DNA of 64,000 bases from a virus (taxonomy: Duplodnaviria > Heunggongvirae > Uroviricota > Caudoviricetes): positions 173,308-237,307 of the IMG/VR virus record IMGVR_UViG_3300043395_001986. One strand, written 5' to 3'. Within the stretch, counting starts at the first letter, position 1, and the number at the start of each line of letters is the position of its first letter. Position numbers and translations under genes: made by a program. Positions 1-10,114 of this stretch are shown here, piece after piece. The notes beneath the pieces were generated by a model. That model saw only the letters and a list, made by a program, of their open reading frames with translations, had not been told where the DNA came from and searched no databases.

Positions 1-1176
1 GTTAAAATTTATGCAAGTAGTGGATATGGAACACCAGATACTTTAAGACAAGTTTTAAACGCAGAAAATCCAGATGCGGTATTACACTTTACTGACCCAA
101 GATATTGGATTTGGCTGTATGAAATTGAGCATGAAATCAGACAGCACACACCAATATTTTTCTATCATATTTGGGATGATTTACCAGACCCAAAATATAA
201 TCGTAATTATTACGAAAGTTGTGATTGGATTGGATGTATTTCTAAACAAACTTATGGTATTACGAAAAGAGTTTGGGGAAGTAATTCACAATCTCAATGG
301 AAACAACCAGAAGATTGGCAAGTGAGTTATGTACCACATGGTATTCGTTCAGATGTATATAAACCAGTAGATGTTCCTTCTGATTTTAAGAAACAAATAT
401 TAGGTGATAAAGAATATGATTTTATTGTTTATTGGACAAATAGAAATATTAGAAGAAAGCAACCAATTGAAGCGATTTTAGCATTTAATGAATTTGTTAA
501 ATCATTAAGTCCAGAACAACAAAAAAAGGTTGTTATGATAATGCACACACAACCTATTGACGATAATGGAACAGACCTCCCAGCTGTTGTTAGAGATTGT
601 TGTATAAGTGAATGTAATGTAATTTTTGATGATAGAAAAAGACCAGACGAAGAATTAAATCTATTGTATAATTTAGCAGATATTACACTTACACTTTCTT
701 CTAATGAGGGATTTGGATTGGGTACTGCCGAATCTATAATGGCGGGCACTCCTATAATTACGACAGTAACCGGTGGTTTACAAGACCAATGTGGATTTGA
801 AGTTGATGGAAAATATTTAACCGCTGATGATTATGTAAAGATTGGTTCTTTGCATGATAAAAAACAATATGATAAAGTAAAATATGGAGATTGGGTTAAA
901 CCAATTTGGCCAGTTCGTTCAGCAACCGGTTCTGTACCAACTCCATATATCTTTGATGATAGAATTGATTTTGATGATGTAACACCTCTTATTAAAAGTT
1001 GGTATGATATTGGAAGAGAGGCGAGAAAAGCAGCCGGCTTAAAGGGTAGAAAGTGGATGCTTGGCGATGGCGGATTGAGTGCAGAAAATATGTGTCAGAC
1101 ATTGGTAGATGGAATGGAAGGTGCATTTAAAAATTGGAAACCAAGAAAAAAATATGAATTGTTTAAAATAAAATAA
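1..1176 (+). CDS. Glycosyltransferase family 1/GT4-like (GT-B fold), 5'-truncated by window edge
   Basis: Frame 1 is open from base 1 to stop at 1176 (VKIYASSGYGTPDTLRQ... continuous into MSYVPHGIRS...); track ORF 322..1176 is only the part after the first Met. C-terminal GT-B signature EGFGLGTAESIMAGTPIITTVTGG (E-x7-E-like). Confidence 0.7.
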   Translation, partial: VKIYASSGYGTPDTLRQVLNAENPDAVLHFTDPRYWIWLYEIEHEIRQHTPIFFYHIWDDLPDPKYNRNYYESCDWIGCISKQTYGITKRVWGSNSQSQWKQPEDWQVSYVPHGIRSDVYKPVDVPSDFKKQILGDKEYDFIVYWTNRNIRRKQPIEAILAFNEFVKSLSPEQQKKVVMIMHTQPIDDNGTDLPAVVRDCCISECNVIFDDRKRPDEELNLLYNLADITLTLSSNEGFGLGTAESIMAGTPIITTVTGGLQDQCGFEVDGKYLTADDYVKIGSLHDKKQYDKVKYGDWVKPIWPVRSATGSVPTPYIFDDRIDFDDVTPLIKSWYDIGREARKAAGLKGRKWMLGDGGLSAENMCQTLVDGMEGAFKNWKPRKKYELFKIK

Positions 1177-1177
1177 A

Positions 1178-2455
1178 ATGGCAGAAATTCAAAAACCTTT
1201 ATTAGTATTTCAAGGACCTGTGGCAACGAGAAGTGGTTATGGTGACCACGCAAGAGATTTAGTTAGGTCTCTTATTGATATGAATAAATTTGACATAGTT
1301 GTAATATCTACTCGTTGGGGGTCAACTCCTATGACGGGACTACGAAACACAGAAGAAGATAGACAGATTTTAAATTTAATAGGAAAACAAGTTACTAGAA
1401 AACCAGACGTATACATTCAATTGACCGTAGCAAACGAATTTGAAGCAAAAGGAACATATAATATCGGTATTACAGCAGGTGTTGAAACAACCGCTGCACC
1501 AATTGAATTTATTCATGGTTGTAACAAAATGGATTTAATTATTGTACCTTCTCAATTTACAAAAGAAGTTTTACAAAAAACAGCTTATACAGAAAAAGAT
1601 AATCAAACAGGAAGAGTAATAGCAGAACATAGAATTGCAAAACCAATTGAAGTTCTTTTTGAAGGATTTAATGAAAAAACATTTGGAGCAGATGCCATTC
1701 CATATATTACCGAATTAGACCAAATAAAAGAAGATTTTGTATTTCTTTTTGCAGGTCATTGGTTGCAAGGTGGATTGGGACACGATAGAAAGGATGTGGG
1801 TATGTTAATAAAAACTTTTTGTCTAGCATTTGCAGGACAAAAGAATGCACCTGCATTAGTTTTAAAAACTTCATCAGCAGGATTTAGTGTATTGGATAGA
1901 GAATCAATGATTGCTAAAATAAAAACACTTACTGAACAATTTAAAATTTCCCCATCAATATATCTGTTACATGGTGAATTTACAGAGGAAGAAATGAATG
2001 GAGTTTATCACCACCCAAAAGTAAAAGCAATGGTTTCATTTACACATGGTGAAGGATTTGGTAGACCATTATTAGAATTCAGTTTGACGGGAAAGCCGGT
2101 GATTGCATCTAATTGGAGCGGTCATCTAGATTTCTTAAAAGATGGTGCAGTATTGTTAGATGGTAAGTTAGAAGATGTACATGAAAGTGCACAAAATCAG
2201 TTCCTAATTAAAGGAAGCAAATGGTTTTATGTAAATTACAATGAAGCTCTTAAGAAATTTAAAGATATTTATACTAACTATGATAAGTATAAAACACCTG
2301 CTTATCAATTAGGAAAACAAAATTTACAAAACTTTGGTTTAGAAAAGATGACAAAATTATTTGATACCATCTTAACAAACTATGTTCCACCGATAAAACA
2401 ATTTATACCATTAAATCTTCCAAATTTTGAAATAGTAGAAGACGATGCCGGATAA
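1178..2455 (+). CDS. Glycosyltransferase GT4-like (GT-B fold)
   Basis: C-terminal donor-binding motif FTHGEGFGRPLLEFSLTGKPVIASNWSGH typical of GT4/GT1 retaining glycosyltransferases; start 2 nt after previous stop. Confidence 0.72.
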   Translation: MAEIQKPLLVFQGPVATRSGYGDHARDLVRSLIDMNKFDIVVISTRWGSTPMTGLRNTEEDRQILNLIGKQVTRKPDVYIQLTVANEFEAKGTYNIGITAGVETTAAPIEFIHGCNKMDLIIVPSQFTKEVLQKTAYTEKDNQTGRVIAEHRIAKPIEVLFEGFNEKTFGADAIPYITELDQIKEDFVFLFAGHWLQGGLGHDRKDVGMLIKTFCLAFAGQKNAPALVLKTSSAGFSVLDRESMIAKIKTLTEQFKISPSIYLLHGEFTEEEMNGVYHHPKVKAMVSFTHGEGFGRPLLEFSLTGKPVIASNWSGHLDFLKDGAVLLDGKLEDVHESAQNQFLIKGSKWFYVNYNEALKKFKDIYTNYDKYKTPAYQLGKQNLQNFGLEKMTKLFDTILTNYVPPIKQFIPLNLPNFEIVEDDAG

Positions 2456-3029
2456 TTTACCATATTATAGACCTCTTTTTAAAAGAGAAGTATTAGTTCC
2501 ACCTATGAATGTTCAACCAGGGGGTTTTTATAGATTGTGGTCTTATACGACAGTAGAAGGAAAAAGTAAAAACTATGGTGGAACAAAAGCACCTATTTTA
2601 ATGGTAATTGGTACGGTCAAAAGTACCGGTTTAATACATGCAATAAGAGTAAGTGATTTACCAATTAATACTTTTATTAAATTCTTTAAACGAATTATGA
2701 ATAGAGAATTTATACAGGAGTCACTTAATATGGAATATCAAAACACATTCTTAAAGAGAAAGGATTTACATTATAGAAATAACGGAAATGCGTATGTGGT
2801 GGATGAGCCATTTGGTAGAAGTTTCTATCAAAGAATGATTGGTAGCAATAATCTTATCATGAATTACTATGAAACATATAGAACATATAAGATAAAAAAT
2901 ATAAAAAATATGAGAGAAGTGTATTTTGATTGGAAAAAATTTGTTAAAACACATCCACAATTGGGTAAATTTATAATACCAACAAAAACAACACCACCAC
3001 CTCCACCACCAAAAAAAGTAATAAAATAA
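2445..3029 (+). CDS. Hypothetical protein with C-terminal poly-Pro/Lys tail
   Basis: 194-aa ORF overlapping upstream stop by 11 nt; ends TTPPPPPPKKVIK; no recognisable catalytic motif. Confidence 0.4.
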   Translation: MPDNLPYYRPLFKREVLVPPMNVQPGGFYRLWSYTTVEGKSKNYGGTKAPILMVIGTVKSTGLIHAIRVSDLPINTFIKFFKRIMNREFIQESLNMEYQNTFLKRKDLHYRNNGNAYVVDEPFGRSFYQRMIGSNNLIMNYYETYRTYKIKNIKNMREVYFDWKKFVKTHPQLGKFIIPTKTTPPPPPPKKVIK

Positions 3030-3030
3030 T

Positions 3031-3654
3031 ATGAAATTAAGCTTTGCAGTTACGGTCTCAACGGAAATAAAAGAAATAGAAAATTTAATTAAGCTTTTAG
3101 CTAAAAGAACAAAAACTACTGAAATAGTTGTTCAATATGATAGTTCAAACACTACATTAGAAGTTATAGAATTTCTAAATAAAAGTTTAATTGAAAATAA
3201 AATAGATAAATTAGTATCATATCCTTTAAATGGTGATTTTGCTAATTTTAAAAATCATCTAAATGCAAATTGTAGTGGAGAATTTATTTATCAATTAGAT
3301 GCAGATGAATTGATTGATTCCAAATTTTTAAAAGCATTACCAAATGTATTGGATAACAATAAGGATATAGACCTTTTCTTTGTACCCAGAATCAATACAG
3401 TCAACGGATTAACAGAAGAACACATTCAAAAATGGGGATGGAATGTAAACGAAAAGGGTTGGGTAAACTTTCCGGATGTACAAACACGCATATACAAAAA
3501 CAAACAATCTATATTTTGGGCAGGTAAAGTTCACGAAAGAATACAGGGGTTTGAATCATATTCAGTATTACCAGCTGAAGAAATATATTGTATACAGCAT
3601 CATAAAGATATTAAAAGACAAGAAAAGCAAAACGCTTTATATGATACTATATGA
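3031..3654 (+). CDS. Putative glycosyltransferase family 2-like (GT-A fold)
   Basis: N-terminal beta-alpha-beta start (KLSFAVTVSTE), DxD-like YQLDADELID, aromatic-rich C-terminal half; sits among GT2 genes. Confidence 0.45.
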   Translation: MKLSFAVTVSTEIKEIENLIKLLAKRTKTTEIVVQYDSSNTTLEVIEFLNKSLIENKIDKLVSYPLNGDFANFKNHLNANCSGEFIYQLDADELIDSKFLKALPNVLDNNKDIDLFFVPRINTVNGLTEEHIQKWGWNVNEKGWVNFPDVQTRIYKNKQSIFWAGKVHERIQGFESYSVLPAEEIYCIQHHKDIKRQEKQNALYDTI

Positions 3655-4133
3655 ATTGGGTAATTTTTACAACAGAGTGTAGTGGTAAAACAACATTTGC
3701 TAAAAACAATAAATTCAATTTAAACGAATACCAAATTGTTGATTGGGATGTTATTAAGACAGTACCAGATATTAGATATGAAAATGAATTAATGTTTATT
3801 GATTTAATTGTAGAATTGCAAAAATCTGATAATAAAATATATCTAACAAATATAGTTCCACCTGATTTTATTTTTGGATGTAAAGATTATTTTAAAAATA
3901 TAAACTTTGCAATAATTCTTATAAAAGAAGAACAATTAATTAAAAATATTAAAAATAGGCATCATCCACAATATAATAGTCAATATATTATTGATAAATA
4001 CAATTCATTTAGAGTCAAAATTGGCATGAAAAATGAAAAAATAAAAGTATTTAACAATTTTGAAGAGTTTAAAAATTACTTATATCCACCAGCAAGTAAA
4101 TTAGAAATTAAACAAAGAATAATTAGGTTATGA
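3651..4133 (+). CDS. Hypothetical protein (degenerate P-loop-like N-terminus)
   Basis: 160 aa; TTECSGKTTFAKNN resembles a Walker-A-like loop but lacks the first Gly; ATGA overlap with neighbours. Confidence 0.35.
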   Translation: MNWVIFTTECSGKTTFAKNNKFNLNEYQIVDWDVIKTVPDIRYENELMFIDLIVELQKSDNKIYLTNIVPPDFIFGCKDYFKNINFAIILIKEEQLIKNIKNRHHPQYNSQYIIDKYNSFRVKIGMKNEKIKVFNNFEEFKNYLYPPASKLEIKQRIIRL

Positions 4134-4789
4134 AAGAAGTAACTGTCGTTTGTACAAGTTGTAATAGACCGGATTTATTAGAGAAAACACTAGAAAGTTT
4201 TTTTAAATATAACACATATGAATTAACTGCATTTCATATTATAGATGATAGTGCGGTTGTTGGTTGTAATGACCATTTAAAAGAAAAATTCCCATTAGTA
4301 AATTTTTGGTACAATCAAGTAAATTTAGGACAAGTTAATAGTATTGATAAAATATACGGATATGTAACCACTCCTTATGTATTTCATATGGAAGAAGATT
4401 GGGAATTTTACAAAGAAGGTTTTATAGAAGCGGCATTAGAAATTATTGATGTTGAAAAATGTATATGCGTAACTGTCAGAGATATAAATGATACTAAACA
4501 CCCAACAATACCACCAACATATCGAACTAAAAATGGAATACATTTTAGAAAATTAATGTGGGGGTTCGATGGTCATTGGCACGGATTTACATTCAATCCA
4601 TCTTTAAAGAAAATGAAAGATTATCCAGAAAATGGATATGCACCAATTGGTAGAGAATTAGATTTAAGTAAATATTATTATGAATTAGGTTATTTTGCAC
4701 TTACTTTCACCGAAGGATATTGTAGACATGCGGGTTGGGGTAGACATGTTACTGATAAAGGTGAAACGGCAGGATTTCAAACAAATTAA
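4130..4789 (+). CDS. Glycosyltransferase family 2
   Basis: MKEVTVVCTSCNRPDLLEKTLESFFKYN... classic GT2 N-terminus (VxxxTxNRxxxLxxxLxS); HIIDDSAV (DxD/DDS) motif. Confidence 0.6.
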   Translation: MKEVTVVCTSCNRPDLLEKTLESFFKYNTYELTAFHIIDDSAVVGCNDHLKEKFPLVNFWYNQVNLGQVNSIDKIYGYVTTPYVFHMEEDWEFYKEGFIEAALEIIDVEKCICVTVRDINDTKHPTIPPTYRTKNGIHFRKLMWGFDGHWHGFTFNPSLKKMKDYPENGYAPIGRELDLSKYYYELGYFALTFTEGYCRHAGWGRHVTDKGETAGFQTN

Positions 4790-4792
4790 AAT

Positions 4793-5995
4793 ATGAAAAT
4801 AAGTTTTTGTATACCGTCAAAAAACAATTTAAGATACCTTAAACATGCAATACACTATATTCAAAAAAATATAGGAGAAATTGATTATGAAATATTGGTA
4901 TGGATTGATAAAAATGAAGATGGAACTTACGAATGGCTAGAATCGGTTAGACCAAAAAATGTAAGATGGTGGTTAAACCCAAAACAAAATCCATTTGGTA
5001 TAGGTAACGCATATGATTTTTTAGTAGAAAATGCAGATAGTGAACTTATTATGATTTATCATGCTGATATGATAATGGGTAAGCATTGTATACAATATTT
5101 GTTAGAATATGTAAAAAAAGGAGTAGTAGTATCTGCAACAAGAGTTGAACCACCACTACACCCACCCTCAGCGGATAAAATAACATTAGATTTTGGATTA
5201 TGGCCAGAAGCGGATATAGAAGATGGATTTAGAGAGGAAGATTTTGAAGAATTTTGCGTAAGTAATACATTTAATAATTTTGAAACAACAAATGGTATAT
5301 TTGCACCATGGTTAATGTATAAAAGTGATTATATAGGACATGACCCTGCATTAAATTCATTGGCAGAAGATATGGATATATTTTTACGAATGAAATTAAA
5401 AGGATATGAATTTATACAACCAAGAGTTGCATTAGTATATCATTTAACATGCAGAGGTGGACAATTTGAACACGCTGTAAATACCGAAGATTTAAGAACT
5501 CGTAGTAGAGAATGGGAATGGCTAAGTATAAATAAAACAAGAGAATTTATTCGTAAATGGAAACATACACCTTTATTAGACAAAGTTGGCCATCCAATAG
5601 AAATACCAAGATACCAAATGGGAGTAAAGGTAATAAACACAAATACGGATTGGTTGTGGTTGTTTGATTTATATTTTGATAAGGTTTATTTAGAAAATCA
5701 ATCAATGAATGTAAAATTAGCAACCGATAGATATTTGAATTTTGAATCGCAAAATACAGCAACAAATTTATATACAAAATTTAGCAACACAGAGCAATCG
5801 GTAAAAGATTGCGATATTTACATTGAAATAGATTGTAATATCTTAAACACACAATCTCATCCACAATTTTTTGCAGAATTACCTTTCCATATTAAGAAAT
5901 ATGGAATTGAAGGCAAAAAAATGAAAGCGCTGGATATTCTATTTAAATTTAACAAATTAACTGAAAGACAAAAGGAGTATATTTATATAAAGTAA
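4793..5995 (+). CDS. Glycosyltransferase family 2 with ~200-aa C-terminal extension
   Basis: MKISFCIPSKNNLRYLKHAIHYIQKN (GT2 start), LVWIDKNEDGT, MIYHADMIM; long C-terminal domain of unknown function. Confidence 0.6.
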   Translation: MKISFCIPSKNNLRYLKHAIHYIQKNIGEIDYEILVWIDKNEDGTYEWLESVRPKNVRWWLNPKQNPFGIGNAYDFLVENADSELIMIYHADMIMGKHCIQYLLEYVKKGVVVSATRVEPPLHPPSADKITLDFGLWPEADIEDGFREEDFEEFCVSNTFNNFETTNGIFAPWLMYKSDYIGHDPALNSLAEDMDIFLRMKLKGYEFIQPRVALVYHLTCRGGQFEHAVNTEDLRTRSREWEWLSINKTREFIRKWKHTPLLDKVGHPIEIPRYQMGVKVINTNTDWLWLFDLYFDKVYLENQSMNVKLATDRYLNFESQNTATNLYTKFSNTEQSVKDCDIYIEIDCNILNTQSHPQFFAELPFHIKKYGIEGKKMKALDILFKFNKLTERQKEYIYIK

Positions 5996-6006
5996 AAAGA
6001 AGTTCT

Positions 6007-6624
6007 ATGGTGGATTACATAATGAACGAACTTCCTATACTAACAGATAGGGTTAACAAAACAATTAAAAGATATGATTGTGATGAATCCTATAAAGTTG
6101 AATATAAATTTAATGATTTTGGATATAGGTCATCCACAAATTATAGAGATTTATTAAAACAACGAAAAATAGTTTGCTTAGGATGTTCTTTTACAGAGGG
6201 GGTTGGTTTAGATGAAGATGAAACATGGCCATATCTATTATCACAAAAAATAGGATTGCCATTTTTTAATTTAGGAATGGTATGTGGCTCTCAAGGTTAT
6301 ATAATGTGGCAAATACAAAATGTATTAGATAAAATACAAACAGATAATATATTTGTATTAAAACCACCACCTGGTAGAATATTTGAATTAAGAGATGATT
6401 CATTTGATAATATACAATCTTGGAATTATGAAAAACCAGGAAAATCATATGGTAGATTGTATAAATTAAATGATTTTATGTTAGATTCTGTGTGTAATAC
6501 ACATAGAATTAGTTATTTGAGTTCAACCGATTATGGCAATAAGTGGGAAAAGGCAAAGGATGGACATCATTATGGAAAAGACTATCAAGAAATGATAGCA
6601 AATGAATTTTATAAAAATATGTAA
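6007..6624 (+). CDS. SGNH/GDSL-family hydrolase-like protein (paralog 1 of 7)
   Basis: Block I LGCSFTEGVGL (catalytic Ser in GCS), block II NLGMVCGSQG, block V DGHHYGKDYQEMIANEF (DGxH...); homologous to 8573, 9347, 10098, 25649, 54458, 55204 ORFs. Confidence 0.6.
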   Translation: MVDYIMNELPILTDRVNKTIKRYDCDESYKVEYKFNDFGYRSSTNYRDLLKQRKIVCLGCSFTEGVGLDEDETWPYLLSQKIGLPFFNLGMVCGSQGYIMWQIQNVLDKIQTDNIFVLKPPPGRIFELRDDSFDNIQSWNYEKPGKSYGRLYKLNDFMLDSVCNTHRISYLSSTDYGNKWEKAKDGHHYGKDYQEMIANEFYKNM

Positions 6625-6635
6625 ATTTATATAAT

Positions 6636-7040
6636 ATGCCAGCAGTAAGTAAAGCACAGCAAAGATTTTTCGGAATGGTGCATGCAGCACAAAAAGGAGA
6701 AAAACCAGCAAGTAAAGATGTAGCAGATGTAGCTAAAGATATTTCTAAAAAAGATGCCAAAGATTTTGCATCAACTTCACATGAAGGGTTACCAACACAT
6801 GTAAAGAAAGAATTTGCATATCCTACAAATAAAGAATTATGGAAAGAATGTATGGATAGTTTGGGTAAAGGAGCAACGGCAGTTAAGCAATATGAATTAA
6901 AAGGTGGTGGATGGAGACTGGGAGAAGCAGCGGATGAAAGAGTATATAATAAAATAACCGAATTATATGCTAATGAAATCAAACCAATAAAAGAAGCAAA
7001 GGCAAAAATCAGAGAATCGTTAAGAAAAAGAAATAAATAA
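6636..7040 (+). CDS. Conserved phage/bacterial protein of unknown function (SKAQQRFFGMVH N-terminal motif, DUF3008-like)
   Basis: N-terminus MPAVSKAQQRFFGMVHAAQKG matches a widespread uncharacterised family motif (recalled, not searched); basic C-terminus. Confidence 0.45.
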   Translation: MPAVSKAQQRFFGMVHAAQKGEKPASKDVADVAKDISKKDAKDFASTSHEGLPTHVKKEFAYPTNKELWKECMDSLGKGATAVKQYELKGGGWRLGEAADERVYNKITELYANEIKPIKEAKAKIRESLRKRNK

Positions 7041-7042
7041 AA

Positions 7043-7336
7043 ATGACACGAAAACAACTAAAAGAATTTGTTAGAAAATCTTTAATAGAAAGTGGAGTAA
7101 TAAAAGAACGATACACTTTGAAAGAAGAAGGTGGTGACCACGAAGTTGGTATGGCCATAAATTTATTAGATGATATTATAATGAATGCACAATCTTTAAA
7201 AGGTAAAATTGGAACATCCGAAAAAAATTTAGCTGGATGGATACAAGACCATATTTCTCAATCACAAAACTTCATCAGTCAGGCTAATACTGGATATCAC
7301 GAAATTGATGATAAGGAGGAAAATGAAAATGGATAA
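7043..7336 (+). CDS. Hypothetical protein
   Basis: 97-aa ORF, starts 3 nt after previous stop; acidic C-terminus. Confidence 0.4.
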   Translation: MTRKQLKEFVRKSLIESGVIKERYTLKEEGGDHEVGMAINLLDDIIMNAQSLKGKIGTSEKNLAGWIQDHISQSQNFISQANTGYHEIDDKEENENG

Positions 7337-7643
7337 TTTATACACAGTCTTAATATCAGTTGTATCAGTATTAGGTTCGGCAGCAGCTTTCCGCTTCTAT
7401 GAGAAGAAATCAATGAGAAAGGAAAGAGATGACGATTTTATTAGACATGATTGTAAAGATAGAATTGCAAAATTAGAAGCATTATTAAGCCAATCATCAA
7501 AAGAGAAAGATGAACTTCGTAATATGATTTTATCATTGACAAAAGAAGTTGCAGCATTGACCGTAAAAGTTGAATTCCTTACAAAAGAAAACGAAGAACT
7601 TCATAAAAAGTCAAAACCAGCAAAACAATTATTAAAAGGATAA
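7323..7643 (+). CDS. Hypothetical membrane-anchored coiled-coil protein
   Basis: N-terminal TM helix (LYTVLISVVSVLGSAAAF) then coiled-coil-like KLEALLSQSSKEKDELRNMILSLTKEVAALTVKVEFL; AGGAGG at 7314-7319 sits 9 nt upstream of the second in-frame ATG (7329), which may be the true start. Confidence 0.4.
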   Translation: MKMDNLYTVLISVVSVLGSAAAFRFYEKKSMRKERDDDFIRHDCKDRIAKLEALLSQSSKEKDELRNMILSLTKEVAALTVKVEFLTKENEELHKKSKPAKQLLKG

Positions 7644-7652
7644 TTTGTAAAA

Positions 7653-8576
7653 GTGAGTAAAAGAGTTTTAAATGAATTTTTTGGATTAACACCTCAAATA
7701 AAAAATACAAATTGGAATGGTGTTAATATTGAATTGGGTAAAGTTTATTCCAATCCATTCGCTCGTTCATTTAAACCAATAAAAGAAGCAACGAAAGAAG
7801 AAATAAAAAAGAAAAAATTAAGAATATTTGATTTTGATGATACATTAGTAAAAACAAAATCATTTATATATGTTAAACATAAAAACGGAGAAAAATCAAA
7901 ATTATCACCTGGAGAATATGCGGTATATGATAAAAAAGAAGGAGATGAATTTGATTACTCTGATTTTGAAAAGGTAAATGAACCAGAAGAAATTAAAAAA
8001 TACACAAATCTTTTAAGAAAATTTATCGAATCAACCGGTAAAAGAAATGTTGCAATACTAACTGCTAGAGGTGCATACCAACCTGTTAGAGAATACTTAA
8101 AGGATATTGGTATGGGTGATGTATATGTTGCAGCATTGGGTGATAGTGACCCACAAAAGAAAGCAGATTGGATTGAAGATAAAATCAAAAAACATAAATT
8201 TAATGACATCTATTTTGTAGATGATTCTCATAAAAACGTAAAAGCGGTTGGTGAATTAAAAACCAAATATCCAGATGTTACTTTTAAAATTCAACACGTT
8301 AAACACAACGGAAAGTATTGGGCAGATAGAAAAGAAGATAGTAAAGATACAGGTGATTCAAATCAGATAGCAGCAACAGAAAAACCAAAATCAATATCAA
8401 CACCTGATTGGGAAACATTTAAAAATAAATCTACAAAAGAAAAGAAAGATATTTTAGATAAAACAATTAAAAATACTGAAACTGGTAGAAATATTAAATT
8501 AAGAACTGCTCTTAATTATGATGATAAAAAAGCTGTTTATAAAGCAGCTGTTCGTTACTTAAAAACACAAAAATGA
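7653..8576 (+). CDS. HAD-superfamily phosphatase-like protein
   Basis: HAD motif I RIFDFDDTLV (DxDxT), motif II ILTARG, motif IV YFVDDSHKNV; only possible in-frame start after upstream stop is GTG at 7653. Confidence 0.5.
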   Translation: MSKRVLNEFFGLTPQIKNTNWNGVNIELGKVYSNPFARSFKPIKEATKEEIKKKKLRIFDFDDTLVKTKSFIYVKHKNGEKSKLSPGEYAVYDKKEGDEFDYSDFEKVNEPEEIKKYTNLLRKFIESTGKRNVAILTARGAYQPVREYLKDIGMGDVYVAALGDSDPQKKADWIEDKIKKHKFNDIYFVDDSHKNVKAVGELKTKYPDVTFKIQHVKHNGKYWADRKEDSKDTGDSNQIAATEKPKSISTPDWETFKNKSTKEKKDILDKTIKNTETGRNIKLRTALNYDDKKAVYKAAVRYLKTQK

Positions 8577-9343
8577 ACTCATTAAGGTTTTGGAAAAAAA
8601 GTGGTTTTGATGTTGGTACATATGATTGGAAGTTAGAAAATAGAAGAAATAAAACAACTAATATTTCAGGTTCCGATAATTCACAAACAAATACATACAC
8701 TTATAACGAATTAGGATTTAGAGGAGATTCCATTTATAAAAATGGATTTCGTATAATGTCCGTTGGTTGTTCACATACGGAAGGAGTTGGTGTGAATGAT
8801 GACCAATCTTGGCCTCATTACTTTTCACAATTAGTAAATAATGGTGTTGATTTAAACGCAGGGTTTGGTGGAAGAAGTAATGATTACATAGCAAGATGTA
8901 TTATTACAATGGTAGACACATTTAGACCACAATTGGTTAATATAATGTATACCTACCCATCTCGTAAAGAATATTATAGATACAATGGTGATTTGGAGCC
9001 ATTTCATATGAATCCATGGGGATATTTTGCGGATGATATTGAGGGGAAAGAAGAATATAAAGCAATAGCAAGAATTACTCATGATGAAAACGATTTAATA
9101 AATTGGTATAAAAATCATTTATTAATAACAAATTTTCTAAAAGCAAGAAACATAGCATATACTTGGAATGGTTGCTTTTTAATGGATGAAGTAGTTACCG
9201 ATGCAAATAGATTTGATGGTGATTACGGAAATTTCAGAGAATTTTCAATAGATGGTAAACACGCAACAGCAGAACATAATCAAAAATACGCACAAAAATT
9301 ATATAATTTTATTTTGAAAAATGAAATCATTGAGTTACCTTAA
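8573..9343 (+). CDS. SGNH/GDSL-family hydrolase-like protein (paralog 2)
   Basis: Block I SVGCSHTEGVGV, block II GFGGRSNDYI, block V DGKHATAEHNQKYAQKL; ATGA overlap with upstream gene. Confidence 0.6.
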   Translation: MNSLRFWKKSGFDVGTYDWKLENRRNKTTNISGSDNSQTNTYTYNELGFRGDSIYKNGFRIMSVGCSHTEGVGVNDDQSWPHYFSQLVNNGVDLNAGFGGRSNDYIARCIITMVDTFRPQLVNIMYTYPSRKEYYRYNGDLEPFHMNPWGYFADDIEGKEEYKAIARITHDENDLINWYKNHLLITNFLKARNIAYTWNGCFLMDEVVTDANRFDGDYGNFREFSIDGKHATAEHNQKYAQKLYNFILKNEIIELP

Positions 9344-9346
9344 CAT

Positions 9347-10114
9347 ATGAATTGTTTTGTAAAAATATTTGGATGTTCACATTCTGCTGACGGCCCCTTT
9401 CGCAATACAGATAAATTGATATCTTTTTTTAAATCAAATGGATATGAAAATGTATATGTAAAAAATATAGCACATTCTGGAAATGCAAACGATAAAATAA
9501 TAAATGATGTTTATGAAAATGCAGAAATGGAATTGGGAGAAAATATATTTTACATAATACAATATTCTTATTTAAATAGATTGTGGTTACCAAATGATAT
9601 GAATATGATTTTTCATAGTTTTTTATTAGATGAAAAAACAGGTGAATGGCCACCATATATACCAATTGAAAAACGAAAATATTTAAAAAGTATGTATGAG
9701 TCGTTTGTAACTTGTTTTTATAGCGATAAATTGTATTTTGATGATTTGATTAAAAAGATTACATTTTTAAAAACATATTTAGATAGTAAAAATATTAAAT
9801 TTATACATTTTTTATGGGAAGCAGTATCTAGTGAAGAAGAAATGGTAGAATCGAGAAACGAGTTTCATAAATTGTATTTAACGGATAAAATAAAAACAGG
9901 CGAAATAGATAAACGATATTTCAATAAATTAAAAAATTTAGAATTAATAGAATTTGAAAAAAATATATTTAATTTTAGTAAAATATCATTTGATAAAAAA
10001 ATAACAAATTGGCATACATTTGGTGGCGGTAATTTTGATTTGCATTTAACAAATGAAGGAAATGATTTTTTAAGTGAAATTCTATTAAATAAGTTATATG
10101 AAAAAATACAATAA
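9347..10114 (+). CDS. SGNH/GDSL-family hydrolase-like protein (paralog 3, divergent)
   Basis: Block I IFGCSHSADGP, block II NIAHSGNANDKI, block V DLHLTNEGNDFLSEIL. Confidence 0.5.
   Translation: MNCFVKIFGCSHSADGPFRNTDKLISFFKSNGYENVYVKNIAHSGNANDKIINDVYENAEMELGENIFYIIQYSYLNRLWLPNDMNMIFHSFLLDEKTGEWPPYIPIEKRKYLKSMYESFVTCFYSDKLYFDDLIKKITFLKTYLDSKNIKFIHFLWEAVSSEEEMVESRNEFHKLYLTDKIKTGEIDKRYFNKLKNLELIEFEKNIFNFSKISFDKKITNWHTFGGGNFDLHLTNEGNDFLSEILLNKLYEKIQ

Noticed and set aside
74-325. 83-aa ORF at window start
   Set aside because: Frame 1 is open from base 1 and continues into the GT4 domain; this frame-2 ORF overlaps that 5'-truncated glycosyltransferase gene.
3476-3682. 68-aa plus-strand alternate-frame ORF
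   Set aside because: Overlaps the 3031-3654 GT2-like gene in another frame; no independent signals.
6509-7057. 182-aa minus-strand ORF (and essentially all other minus-strand ORFs in the track, e.g. 39175-39675, 44442-44909, 46926-47363, 63007-63507)
   Set aside because: Every one lies antisense to a plus-strand ORF that has recognisable domains or fits the continuous ATGA-overlap packing. AT-rich genomes generate long spurious antisense ORFs. There are no supporting motifs or signals.
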